Shown: positions 11,974-23,400 of the stretch, piece after piece
Numbering within the stretch: position 1 is the stretch's first letter
Layout: each line of letters begins with the position of its first letter
NCBI RefSeq assembly: GCF_046119375.1
Contig: NW_027362773.1
Coordinates: forward strand, 236,220,001 to 236,284,000
Reading direction: 5' to 3'
DNA length: 64,000 nucleotides
Source of the DNA: Phyllobates terribilis
Lineage: Eukaryota
The notes under the pieces: model-generated
The model's database searches: none
Seen by the model: the letters and a program-made list of their open reading frames with translations, nothing else
What the model was told of the DNA's origin: nothing
Position numbers and translations under genes: made by a program

Positions 11974-12051
11974 CCAAAATTATTTTCCGGGCTAGATGCA
12001 GCTAAAAATTATTATTAATTTTAAATCTGGTGAAGCTTTAGTATAGATGGC

Positions 12052-13533
12052 TGTGATGAAAGCCGGCCGGTGGGTGCAGCTCTCTGGCGCCCCCTTACCT
12101 CTCAGGTCAGTCAAGGTACTGCACCTAGAGAAAGTAGTGCCAGGTAGCTGCAACCAGCGCAGGGAACACGGTAGTGTGTTATCCCTTCAACGTCACTAAA
12201 CCGTAACGTCACTACACAGCACAACTCGCTAGCGCCCTCTTAGCCTCAGGTCAGTCAAGGAACTGCACCTAGGATAAGCGGTCGCCAGGGAGACTGTCCT
12301 GTAACCTACTGGGTATCGGGGCCCTCTGTAGTGAGGGCGGTATATATATCTTCCTTGGCCGCGCCAGGAATATATATATCTGAACCTCCGACCGTCACTA
12401 CCAGCCTTCCCCAATCCCCAGTTGGTATGCTGCCACCAGTCCCTATTTTAGATATACGCCCAGTCCGTGAATGGGCCTATATCGGGTCAGGAACCAACCC
12501 TGGGTAGCGTTTTTGGCTTGAGCCGAGCTCACACGGACGTGCGTTCGTTATGCAGAATAAAAGGCAGGCCCACAATTACTTGAGGTAATTGATTATAATA
12601 ATACACTAGATACACGATATACAACTAAATATACACAGGTATAAGGTCAGGCTAAACTATACAACAATGGAATACAACACACAGAATCACCACAGCATAT
12701 CAGTTACCGGTTTCTTGATTTTCTTGTGACGCAGGGAGAGGATTCTGCGGTCGCAGGCACGGTTCTTTGTTACAGGCTGAGGCCTACCACCGCATGGTCA
12801 AACTGCTCCTCCCCTTGGTGGCCTCAGCTGGTGCTCAGATGTTCAGCACACCACTCTTGGGTCAAAAACTGGCTTGTCTCTTGTCTGTCCTGCTATCTTT
12901 CCTGCCCCGTCCCGCCCACTGCTGGTGAGGTCAGCTGGCTCAGTCTCCACCCTCAGGTCTAACTTCGATCAGAAGCCCAAATTCTATGGAACCCAATAAC
13001 TTCTTCTGGGATGGTCTCATGATACCCCCAGGGGTTCCCATGGATTCGGGCCGCCGTAACCGACCTTTTGATATCAATTATGATACCATACGGTCCTCAG
13101 GAATGGCTCCGCGCTATATCTTGGCTTCCAGAGCACGTACAAACGTCTACCGCGGAGGCTTGTGTGCGCAATGGCTCCGGGACGCCGTGATATTTTTTTA
13201 TTGGCCCATCCCACGCAACATGCGTGTACTATTCATGTTTCTATATCTTATGCCTCCATGCTTGTGACAGACAAAGAAACTAGTCCTATGGGACAAATGG
13301 TCAGGTACAGATAGACGAAGCACCCCCCCCTGCTGGCTGTGTTTCCTCTCGAAGTCTTTGAAGCTCCTAGCATTCAAGTGTTAAGTAGGCTTCTTATCTT
13401 ACAGGAGCCTGGATGGGGGGAAACTATCTAGTTGACGTTTTAACAGAAGGTCCCAAGGGTGGGGGCTGCTGAAGTGTGGCCATCCCTGGATATGATTTAT
13501 CATTACCAAGATGGCGGCTACAGGTTCATCACA
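12052..13533 (-). repeat. 3' LTR (1482 bp)
   Basis: Direct repeat of 18756-20237; only one mismatch found by eye (12900 T vs 19604 A). Confidence 0.97.
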
Positions 13534-13546
13534 CCTCCCCCTATAC
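13534..13546 (-). promoter_or_regulatory. Polypurine tract
   Basis: Minus strand TATAGGGGGGAGG abuts the 3' LTR and overlaps the ORF stop codon. Confidence 0.8.
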
Positions 13547-16500
13547 GAGGGCGCGAGGGGGTAGCACATTCCTGTGTTCCCCCGTGCGTCCTTCTGCACC
13601 CTCCCCTTGCCGGGATAACCCGTCAGCGTTACCGTGGTCACGGCCTCTTCTGTGGCGAATGGAGAAGTGGTACTGCTGGAGAGCGAGGCTCCAGCGTAGC
13701 AACCTGCCATTCGACCCAGAGACCGTGTGTAACCAGCTGAGGGGGTTGTGGTCCGTCTCCACGGTGAAATGGCTCCCGTACAAGTAGGGCTGCAGACGCT
13801 GCAGGGCCCATACAATTGCCAGGCATTCTTTTTCCACCGTGGAGTAAGCCACCTCCCGGGGCAGTAGCTTCCTGCTCAGGTACAAGACAGGATGTTCCTG
13901 GCCTGTCGTGTTGACCTGACTTAGCACAGCACCGAGGCCAAAGTCACTGGCGTCGGTCTGTACCACAAACGGCCGGTCGAAGTCGGCAGCTTGCAGTACA
14001 GGGGAGCTACTTAGGGCGGCCTTGAGTGCCCCGAAAGCTGTCTCGCAGGCGACTGTCCAGTCGACTGCGACGGGCAGCTTCTTCTTGGTGAGGTCCGTCA
14101 GGGGCTTGGCCAGGGTGCTATAGTGTGGGACGAACCTCCTATAGTACCCGGCGGTCCCCAAGAAGGACATCACCTGCTTTTTGGTCCTAGGAGTGGGCCA
14201 GGATGCGATGGCATCCACTTTCCCCGGTTCTGGCTTCAGAACCCCCCCGCCTACCCGGTGACCCAGGTAGAGGACCTCACTCATGCCCAGCTGGCACTTT
14301 TCCGGCTTGATGGTCAAGCCTGCCCGGTGGATCCGACCGAGCACCTGCCGCAGGTGCTCTAGGTGATCCTCCCAAGTGGGACTGAAGACTGCAATATCGT
14401 CCAAGTACGCAGCCGCGTACCCTTCAAGTCCCTCAAGCAGCGTATTGACCATCCGCTGAAAAGTGGCAGGGGCATTCTTCATGCCGAATGGCATCACTGT
14501 GGACTCGTACAGTCCAAAAGGGGTGATAAAGGCAGAGCGTTCCCTTGCCGCGGGGGTCAGAGGAATCTGCCAGTACCCCCGGCTCAGATCCATGATGGTC
14601 AGGTACTTAGCCCCGGCCATCCGATCGAGCAGGTCATCGATGCGTGGTATGGGGAACGCATCGGTGGCCGTTACAGCGTTGAGCCCCCGGTAGTCCACGC
14701 AGAACCGTGTAGTTCGGTCCTTCTTTGGTACGAGGACTACAGGCGAGGCCCACGCGCTGCTGGATGCCTGGATCACCCCCAGCTTCAGCATCTCGTCTAT
14801 CTCTTGGCGCATGTTTCCCTGCACCTCGAAAGAGACCCGATATGCTGAACGCCGGATCGGCGGGTGATCGCCAGTGTCCACGTCGTGGACAGCCATCTCA
14901 GTCCTTCCGGGCAGGCTGCTGAACAGCCCCCGGAAGGGGTGCAGGGTGGTCCCCAGCTGGGACCGTTGGTCCTCCGTGAGCTGGTGGCCAACCCCCACAT
15001 CCTCGATGGACCCACCCGCCTTGGCTTGGGTGAGCAGATCCAGGAGGGTTTCTACCTCTCCTTCCTCGGGAAGGTTGCACACTGGGTGGGCAGTCGCTTC
15101 CCGCTCAAGATGAGCCTTCATCATGTTCACGTGGAAGGCCTTCCTCCTTCCACGGGCGTGATCCAGGGTGACCAGATAGGTGACGGCATTGAGTTTCTGG
15201 TGCACGAAGTAGGGACCTTCCCAGGCTGCCTGAAGCTTGTTCTGTGGTACGGGGACCAGTACCCACACCTTTTGACCCACCTGGTAGGTCCTCTCACAAG
15301 CATTCTGGTCGTACCACCGCTTCTGGTCGGCCTGGGCCTGGGCCATATTGTCCTGCACCAGCTTTGCCAAGGCCATCATCCTGTCCCGGTGGCGCACGAC
15401 ATACTCGATGACCGACACCTCGGGGGTGGCCAAATCCCCTTCCCATGCTTCCTTCACCAGAGCCAGGGGGCCCCGTACCCGTCGCCCGTACAGGAGCTCA
15501 AAGGGGGAGAACCCCGTTGAGGCCTGCGGAACCTCCCGGTAAGCAAATAGGAGGTGTGGGAGGTAACGCTCCCAGTCTCTCCCGTGGGAGTCGACCAACA
15601 TCTTAAGCATCTGCTTTAAGGTGCCATTGAACCGCTCACACAGGCCATTAGTCTGTGGGTGATACGGGCTGGCCACCAGATGTTGCACCTGCATTTGCTT
15701 ACAGAGGGACTCCATCAGCCGCGACATGAACTGGGTCCCTCGGTCGGTGAGCATTTCTTGGGGGAAACCCACTCTGGAGAAGATCTCCAGTAAGGCGGTA
15801 GCCACCTTGTCGGCCCGAATGGACGACAAAGCTACCGCTTCCGGGTACCGGGTGGCATAGTCCACTACCGTGAGTATGAAGCATTTCCCGGAGTGGCTGG
15901 GAGTGGACAGAGGTCCAATAAGATCCACAGCAACCCTCGAGAAAGGCTCTTCGATGATTGGCAGAGTTACCAGTGGGGCTTTGGGGCGCGGCCCCGCCTT
16001 CCCCACCCTCTGACAGGTGTCACACGAACGGCAGTAGGCACCCACCGCGGCTCCCATCCCAGGCCAGTAGAAATGCTGAGCTATCCTGGCCTTGGTTTTA
16101 GCGATCCCTAGGTGTCCGGCCATCGGAATCTCGTGTGCGATCCGCAACAATTCCGCCCTGAACGGATAGGGTACCACTAACTGTCGGTCCCTGGGCCACG
16201 CCTCCGGTGAACCCTGCTGGACCGTTACCCGGTACAGCCGTCCCTGGTCCCAGACCACCCGCTCGCAGTCTGACTCCATGGGAGGCTGTGCCGCCTGTTC
16301 CTTGAGAGCTTTCAGGCTGTCGTCTGCTTCCAACGCAGCCTGAAATTCCTGACTTGATGTGGCCAGAATCGACGAAACTGCCACATCCTCTGTCAGCCCC
16401 TCCGGGCATGTCACCTGGCCGCTGTCTGACCCGGCAGACACTTGGTCAGAAGTGGGGAAGCCGTCGGACCTCTGCAAGGCTCCTTGGGCTCCGGCGCTCC

Positions 16501-18610
16501 CACTCCTGGTGACAGCGGCTATGACCGCTGTGACCGTGGGTAGTGCCTGCTTCCCCTCTGTTTCTGACCAAGCCGCCCGATCAGGCAGGCTTCCTAGGCC
16601 TTTGGACATCTCGGATGTGGGGAACTCCTGCCCTGGGGTCTTACCTGGCGGCTCCTCTCTTGGGACACCCCCACCTCCCATGGCCTGTTCCTCCCCCTGC
16701 AGTGGGCCTATACTCAGCAGCCTGGATACCCCTGGGAGCCCTACACTGCCGGTAGCTGCCCCCCTCTCCATCCCTGAGCTTCCCTCTACAGAATCCTGCC
16801 CGCCCCCTCCCTCACCGGAGGACAAGAGGTCACGGCACGCCGGCTGAGCACCTCTGCGGGCATACCCACACTCCCCACCTGCTTTCACTAACCCTGTTTG
16901 TGTTGTGTCTGTGCAGGTGTTACCCTCAGGTTTCACTCCCTCCTCCTCAGCAGGACACACACTACATACAACATGGTTGGCATTAGCAGCAGACAAATCA
17001 ATACACTCTTGGGGGGCCGAACTTGGGGGTTCAGAGGGTACATACTGCGATACTAGACGCCCCAAGTCGGTCCCTAATAAAACATTTGCGGGAATATTTG
17101 GCGTTACTCCCACCTCCCGCATCCCCCTTCCGGCACCCCAGTCCAAATACACCATGGCAACGGGAAGTGCCGGCTCCACGCCTCCAACCCCGGAGACGGA
17201 AAGAGTCTTTCCTGGTACCAAGTCCTGGGGGGACACCACCTCAGGCCGTACCAGTGTTCGTTCAGCGCCCGTGTCCCGCAGTCCCATGACCGCAGAACGG
17301 CCTATGGTGACGGGTTGGATGTTGTCCAGGGACCTACCACCACCCCCTCCCACACACAAAACATTGGGCGCTCTCTGGGACTGGGATGGGGTCTTTTGGC
17401 GCTGGGGACACTCAGCCCTAAAGTGTCCTGGTTTGTTGCATAGATGACAACGTCTTACGTCTGGTCCTTGCCTGGAGAGGGCAACAGGGGGATACACCCC
17501 TTGTGTTCTAGGGGCCGGGGAAACAGGGGCATGACTGGGCTTACCCCCTCTCCAGGTGCTGCTGGCAGACTTCTTCAGCTCAGGCGCCCTGCTATTGGCA
17601 TACTCGTCTGCCAGGGCGGCTGTAGCAGAAGCCCCTGTTGGTTTTCGGTCACGGAGGAACTGTCGGAGGTCCTCTGGGCAGTTCCACAAGAACTGCTCCG
17701 TGACGAACAGTTCCTGGACCTCCTGGCGGGTAGTAAGCGCTAGACCCGAGGTCCAGTGCTCTGCGGCTCTCAACAGCGCCCGCATATGATCGGTCCAGGT
17801 GTCCTTGGGGCCACGCAGCAGGCTCCGGAACTTCTGGCGGTACGACTCGGGAGTGAGGTTGTACTGCCGGATCAGGGCCCGCTTGATGCAGTCGTAGTTC
17901 TGTACCTCCCCGGCAGGTAAGTCCCCCAAGGCATCCAGGGACTTACCCCTCAAACGGGGGGTCAGGTATCTGGCCCACTGATCCCGGGCCAGATGGTGCT
18001 GAAGACAGGTCCGTTCAAATGCCACCAGAAAGGAGTCCAGGTCCCCATCCTTCTCCAGTAGAGGGAAGTCCTCAGCTCGGACTTTGGACGACTTGGTCTC
18101 CTGATGGGTTGGTTGCTCTAGCGGAAGCCCCCGCTGGGCCAGGTCCAGTTGGTGCTGGCGCTCCGCAGCTCGCTCTGCACGCTCCGCAACCTCCCGGCGC
18201 TCTGCAGCTTCACGCTCCGCAGCCTCCCGGCGCTCTGCAGCCCGCTCTGCACGCTCCGCAGCCTCCCGGCGCTCCGCAGCTTCGCGCTCCTCCTCCGCTG
18301 CCTTCTCTGATGCTGCCAGGAGGGTTTTGTAGACGGCATCGCCATGAGACTGGAGACTTGCCATAGCCGCTTGTAAAAGGGCTTGTGATCTGGACAGGCT
18401 GGGCTGGGTAGGTGGTGGGCAGCCCACTGCGGGACCGTATACTGGGGACTGGCTCCCTGAGGTGCCCGGGCTGGACTCCTCCTCGCCATGAGTAACAATG
18501 TCCTCCCCTCCTGCCACACGGACCGTAGCATTAGCCTCCTGCAGGGTCTTGCTCCTGGTGCCGTCTGCCATCTTGGTAACCGACACCGCTGCAACCCTGA
18601 GTTTGCACAC
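13541..18610 (-). CDS. Gag-Pol polyprotein, 1689 aa (likely start MADGTRS): coiled-coil, SCAN-like capsid, CCHC knuckle, protease, integrase, RT, RNase H
   Basis: CHLCNKPGHFRAEC; GLRDTGA; H-x6-H...CRSCDTC, VDLIGP, LTDRGTQF, GLCERFN, WEGPY; WASPVVLVPKKD...YLDD; TDAS...KECLA...TDH. Uninterrupted. Confidence 0.97.
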   Translation of the reverse strand: MCKLRVAAVSVTKMADGTRSKTLQEANATVRVAGGEDIVTHGEEESSPGTSGSQSPVYGPAVGCPPPTQPSLSRSQALLQAAMASLQSHGDAVYKTLLAASEKAAEEEREAAERREAAERAERAAERREAAEREAAERREVAERAERAAERQHQLDLAQRGLPLEQPTHQETKSSKVRAEDFPLLEKDGDLDSFLVAFERTCLQHHLARDQWARYLTPRLRGKSLDALGDLPAGEVQNYDCIKRALIRQYNLTPESYRQKFRSLLRGPKDTWTDHMRALLRAAEHWTSGLALTTRQEVQELFVTEQFLWNCPEDLRQFLRDRKPTGASATAALADEYANSRAPELKKSASSTWRGGKPSHAPVSPAPRTQGVYPPVALSRQGPDVRRCHLCNKPGHFRAECPQRQKTPSQSQRAPNVLCVGGGGGRSLDNIQPVTIGRSAVMGLRDTGAERTLVRPEVVSPQDLVPGKTLSVSGVGGVEPALPVAMVYLDWGAGRGMREVGVTPNIPANVLLGTDLGRLVSQYVPSEPPSSAPQECIDLSAANANHVVCSVCPAEEEGVKPEGNTCTDTTQTGLVKAGGECGYARRGAQPACRDLLSSGEGGGGQDSVEGSSGMERGAATGSVGLPGVSRLLSIGPLQGEEQAMGGGGVPREEPPGKTPGQEFPTSEMSKGLGSLPDRAAWSETEGKQALPTVTAVIAAVTRSGSAGAQGALQRSDGFPTSDQVSAGSDSGQVTCPEGLTEDVAVSSILATSSQEFQAALEADDSLKALKEQAAQPPMESDCERVVWDQGRLYRVTVQQGSPEAWPRDRQLVVPYPFRAELLRIAHEIPMAGHLGIAKTKARIAQHFYWPGMGAAVGAYCRSCDTCQRVGKAGPRPKAPLVTLPIIEEPFSRVAVDLIGPLSTPSHSGKCFILTVVDYATRYPEAVALSSIRADKVATALLEIFSRVGFPQEMLTDRGTQFMSRLMESLCKQMQVQHLVASPYHPQTNGLCERFNGTLKQMLKMLVDSHGRDWERYLPHLLFAYREVPQASTGFSPFELLYGRRVRGPLALVKEAWEGDLATPEVSVIEYVVRHRDRMMALAKLVQDNMAQAQADQKRWYDQNACERTYQVGQKVWVLVPVPQNKLQAAWEGPYFVHQKLNAVTYLVTLDHARGRRKAFHVNMMKAHLEREATAHPVCNLPEEGEVETLLDLLTQAKAGGSIEDVGVGHQLTEDQRSQLGTTLHPFRGLFSSLPGRTEMAVHDVDTGDHPPIRRSAYRVSFEVQGNMRQEIDEMLKLGVIQASSSAWASPVVLVPKKDRTTRFCVDYRGLNAVTATDAFPIPRIDDLLDRMAGAKYLTIMDLSRGYWQIPLTPAARERSAFITPFGLYESTVMPFGMKNAPATFQRMVNTLLEGLEGYAAAYLDDIAVFSPTWEDHLEHLRQVLGRIHRAGLTIKPEKCQLGMSEVLYLGHRVGGGVLKPEPGKVDAIASWPTPRTKKQVMSFLGTAGYYRRFVPHYSTLAKPLTDLTKKKLPVAVDWTVACETAFGALKAALSSSPVLQAADFDRPFVVQTDASDFGLGAVLSQVNTTGQEHPVLYLSRKLLPREVAYSTVEKECLAIVWALQRLQPYLYGSHFTVETDHNPLSWLHTVSGSNGRLLRWSLALQQYHFSIRHRRGRDHGNADGLSRQGEGAEGRTGEHRNVLPPRALV

Positions 18611-18733
18611 ACCTTGTTATACTTTTAGCCTGACCGTCTAATGTTGGGCTGACCTTAAGACTCCAGCAGTGGAAGTTACCACTGGCAGTCTTTAGTGCCT
18701 GGGAGTAGGGGTCCCACAACACTATTATTCTGC

Positions 18734-18754
18734 AATCCCACCGCTCTGCCACCA
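18734..18754 (-). promoter_or_regulatory. Primer binding site resembling tRNA-Leu(AAG/TAG), with a 2-nt insertion
   Basis: Minus strand TGGTGGCAGAGCGGTGGGATT, 1 nt from the 5' LTR. The recalled tRNA-Leu complement is TGGTGGCAGCGGTGGGATT. Confidence 0.7.
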
Positions 18755-18755
18755 A

Positions 18756-20237
18756 TGTGATGAAAGCCGGCCGGTGGGTGCAGCTCTCTGGCGCCCCCTT
18801 ACCTCTCAGGTCAGTCAAGGTACTGCACCTAGAGAAAGTAGTGCCAGGTAGCTGCAACCAGCGCAGGGAACACGGTAGTGTGTTATCCCTTCAACGTCAC
18901 TAAACCGTAACGTCACTACACAGCACAACTCGCTAGCGCCCTCTTAGCCTCAGGTCAGTCAAGGAACTGCACCTAGGATAAGCGGTCGCCAGGGAGACTG
19001 TCCTGTAACCTACTGGGTATCGGGGCCCTCTGTAGTGAGGGCGGTATATATATCTTCCTTGGCCGCGCCAGGAATATATATATCTGAACCTCCGACCGTC
19101 ACTACCAGCCTTCCCCAATCCCCAGTTGGTATGCTGCCACCAGTCCCTATTTTAGATATACGCCCAGTCCGTGAATGGGCCTATATCGGGTCAGGAACCA
19201 ACCCTGGGTAGCGTTTTTGGCTTGAGCCGAGCTCACACGGACGTGCGTTCGTTATGCAGAATAAAAGGCAGGCCCACAATTACTTGAGGTAATTGATTAT
19301 AATAATACACTAGATACACGATATACAACTAAATATACACAGGTATAAGGTCAGGCTAAACTATACAACAATGGAATACAACACACAGAATCACCACAGC
19401 ATATCAGTTACCGGTTTCTTGATTTTCTTGTGACGCAGGGAGAGGATTCTGCGGTCGCAGGCACGGTTCTTTGTTACAGGCTGAGGCCTACCACCGCATG
19501 GTCAAACTGCTCCTCCCCTTGGTGGCCTCAGCTGGTGCTCAGATGTTCAGCACACCACTCTTGGGTCAAAAACTGGCTTGTCTCTTGTCTGTCCTGCTAT
19601 CTTACCTGCCCCGTCCCGCCCACTGCTGGTGAGGTCAGCTGGCTCAGTCTCCACCCTCAGGTCTAACTTCGATCAGAAGCCCAAATTCTATGGAACCCAA
19701 TAACTTCTTCTGGGATGGTCTCATGATACCCCCAGGGGTTCCCATGGATTCGGGCCGCCGTAACCGACCTTTTGATATCAATTATGATACCATACGGTCC
19801 TCAGGAATGGCTCCGCGCTATATCTTGGCTTCCAGAGCACGTACAAACGTCTACCGCGGAGGCTTGTGTGCGCAATGGCTCCGGGACGCCGTGATATTTT
19901 TTTATTGGCCCATCCCACGCAACATGCGTGTACTATTCATGTTTCTATATCTTATGCCTCCATGCTTGTGACAGACAAAGAAACTAGTCCTATGGGACAA
20001 ATGGTCAGGTACAGATAGACGAAGCACCCCCCCCTGCTGGCTGTGTTTCCTCTCGAAGTCTTTGAAGCTCCTAGCATTCAAGTGTTAAGTAGGCTTCTTA
20101 TCTTACAGGAGCCTGGATGGGGGGAAACTATCTAGTTGACGTTTTAACAGAAGGTCCCAAGGGTGGGGGCTGCTGAAGTGTGGCCATCCCTGGATATGAT
20201 TTATCATTACCAAGATGGCGGCTACAGGTTCATCACA
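18756..20237 (-). repeat. 5' LTR (1482 bp)
   Basis: Near-identical to 12052-13533. Confidence 0.97.
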
Positions 20238-20481
20238 ATGGCCTAATAGGATCAGTGCTGCACACTGCTACAAAGCCCAAATTATTTTCCAGTCAAGATA
20301 CAGATAAACATGATTAGTAATTTTAAATCTGGTGGAGCTTATTATAGATGGCCTAATAGAATCAGTGCTGCACACTGCAACAAAGCCCAAATTATTTTCC
20401 AGCCAAGATACAGATAAACATGATTAGTAATTTGAAAGCTTAAAACGGTTGGTAGGGTGATTTTAACCAATCATCCAGCTT

Positions 20482-23400
20482 TTACTCTCCCCAGGATGAC
20501 ACAGGGGTAGAAAAGTCGTTTCGGATTCTTGATTTGTTCATCTTTATGAACGTGAGTCTGTCTACATTATCAGTGGAGAGCCGCGTGCGCTTATCTGTCA
20601 GCACACCACCAGCAGCGCTGAACACACGTTCAGACAGAACGCTGGCTGCGGGGCATGACAAGATCTCCAAGGCGTAAGTGGCTAGCTCCGGCCATTTATC
20701 CAGATTGGAAGCCCAAAAAGAGCAAGGGTCCAGTTACACAGTCGTGGCTTCAATGTTTACTTGGAGATACTCCTGTACCATCGTCTCTAGGCGTTGACTA
20801 TGTGTCAGACTTCTTGTCTCCTGTGGCCTTGCAAAGGATGGGCTAAAAAAGTGGTGAAATGTTTCCGCAAAATTGATGTTACCAGCAGATACTGTGGTTC
20901 TATTACGGTTTGAGTGCTGAACACTTGACGGTCCCACGGTTGGCAAGTTGGAACTGTGAGATTCTCTACGTGCACCACTGGTATTTTGTGGAAAAGCACA
21001 TGTAAGATTCTGCAACAGTCTCTGCTGATACTCCTGCATGCGTGCATCCCTTTCTATGGCAGGAATAATTTCTGCAAATTTACTTTTGTACCGGGGATCT
21101 AACAGTGTGGCAACCCAGTAGTCAGGATTATTTCTAATTCTCACAATTCGAGGGTCATGTTGCAGGTAGTGCAGCAAGAAAGCACTCATGTGTGTTGCGC
21201 ATCCAGGAGCACCAAGTCCCTGTTGTGTTGGTGGCGAGGTAACAATCATGCTTCCTTCCTCTGTCCTCTCCCCCCAACCTCGCACAACAGAAATGTGATC
21301 AAGGTCTCCCTCATCTGATGAGTCTTCCATCAGTTCGTCCTCCACTTCTTCCTGGGCTCCTGCACCTTCCTCACTAGTTTGGCTGCTACCATGCGCCCTG
21401 GTAAAACCATCTCCCCCACCCTCACATGCCTGCCGCCTTGGTGCTGCCGACCGTCTGGACCTTGCAGATGTTAGCCCTTCCGCATACAACTCCTCCTCCT
21501 CTACTTCCTCCACCTCCTCTTGTGCCACCACCTGACTCCGAATTCTGTTTAAAATGTGCTCCAGCATGTAAATCACCGGAATAGTCATGCTGATAATGGC
21601 ATCGCCAGCACTAAACATCTTCGTCGCCATTTCAAAACTGTGCAGAAGGGTGCATAGGTCCCTGATCTGAGACCACTCCTCCAGCGTGATTTGCCCCACC
21701 TCTGGATCTCGTTGGCCCAGGCTATACGTCAGAACGTATTGCACCAGGGCTTGTCGGTGCTGCCACAGTCGCTGCAACATGTGCAGAGTTGAATTCCACC
21801 GGGTAGGCACATCGCATTTTAGCCGGTGAAGTGGCAGGCCCAACGACTTCTGTAGAGATGTAAGTCACTGAGCTGCGGGATGCGAACGGCGAAAGTGAGC
21901 ACACAGCGACCGTGCCCTCTGCAGAAGGCCATCTAGTCTGGGATAGTGGGCTAAAAATTGCTGGACAACCAGGTTCAACACGTGAGCCATACAAGGCACG
22001 TGTGTGACATTGCCCCTGCGAAGGGCCGCACTCAGGTTTGCAGCATTGTCGCACACGGCCTTCCCTGGTTTCAGGTCCAGTGGAGACAACCATTCATGAA
22101 ATTGGTTCTCCAGAGCTGACCACAACTCCTCAGCTGTGTGACTCACATTTCCCAGACATTTCAATGTAAAAACCGCCTGATGACGTTGAGCCCTACTGCC
22201 AGCATAGTAAGGAGGTGTGCAGGATCCCTTCTGCGCAGTTAGAAAGCTTGTGGCATGACCAGACAGGCTTTGGGTGCAGGTGGAAGACCGAGAGGAGGTT
22301 GAGGAGGCAGAAGCAGTGGAGGAACTTTGACATAAAGAGGATTGACGCACAACTCGTGGGGATGGCAAGACTTGGACAGCAGCCCCTTGTCCTGCTGTCA
22401 CCATAGTTACCCAGTGCCCAGTCAGCGACATGTAACGCCCCTGTCCATGCCTACTCGTCCAAGTGTCTGTGGTGAAATGCACCCTGTCACACACAGAGTT
22501 TCTCAAAGAAGCGGTGATGTTGTGTGCGACATGCTGGTGGAGCGCAGGCACACCTTTCTTTGAGAAGTAGTGCCGATTGGGCATCTGGTACTGGGGCACT
22601 GCGACGGACATAAGGTCTCGAAAATCCTCTGTGTCTACCAGGAGGAAAGGCAGCATTTCTGTAGCCAAGAACTTGCAGATGGTGAAATTCAACCTCTTAG
22701 CTTTCTCATGGCTAGGAGGAAATGGTCTTTTACTTGTCCACATCTGAGGGACCGAGGGCTGGCTATTGTGCTTAGACGGGGTTGATAAGGGTGTCCCCGG
22801 CAAACTGCCGGTCTGTGAGGAAGATGCAGGTGGACATGTTAGGTTGCCTTGATCCAAAGGTGGTGCTATCGATGTCGGACAGCGCTCAACACCAGCTGGT
22901 GTTACCACCTCCAAAGAAAATGATGACCTGCCAATCACGCTGGCTGTTGCGGGTAAAGAGGTGGCAGGTCTGCGCCCCAAAGCAGGTGTGACTGCTGTCC
23001 CCCCAGTCACAGAGTATGAAGAGGCGCGGATGCACAAGATATGGCAGACGGTGGTTGGCCCGGCCAGCTAGGCCGCATTGTAGCACACTGAGCTTCCCAC
23101 TGCAACTTATGCTTCATGTCCATGTGCCGGTTCATGCATGAAGTACTCAAACTATGTATTTTTTGGCCTCTACTTAGCTTTTGCTGACAAATGTTACAGA
23201 TAACACGAGTTGGGTCATCTTTATCGATCTGAAAAAATGCCCAGGCTATGCAAGGCTTAGCACCCATGCGACCTGAAGAGCCACCACGACTTGTGGTGAG
23301 AGGCAGAGTTGTGTTTGAGGATGCAGTTGTTGACGTGCTTCCAGTACTACGTCTCTGTCCAGGAAGGCGCAACCTGACCTCGTCGTCACTAGCATCTTCC

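Larger units (their letters stand above)
12052..20237 (-). mobile_element. Full-length Gmr1-like Ty3/gypsy LTR retrotransposon (8186 bp)
   Basis: Two 1482-bp LTRs with TGTGATGAA...TTCATCACA ends, 5-bp TSD ATGGC (12047-12051, 20238-20242), PBS, PPT and a single long ORF. Confidence 0.97.

Noticed and set aside
12986-13267. 93-aa ORF in both LTRs
   Set aside because: Antisense to the element, no motif, and its identity in two copies just reflects LTR identity.
13459-18366. Many plus-strand ORFs of 100-218 aa
   Set aside because: Antisense shadows of the GC-rich Gag-Pol ORF with no recognisable motifs.
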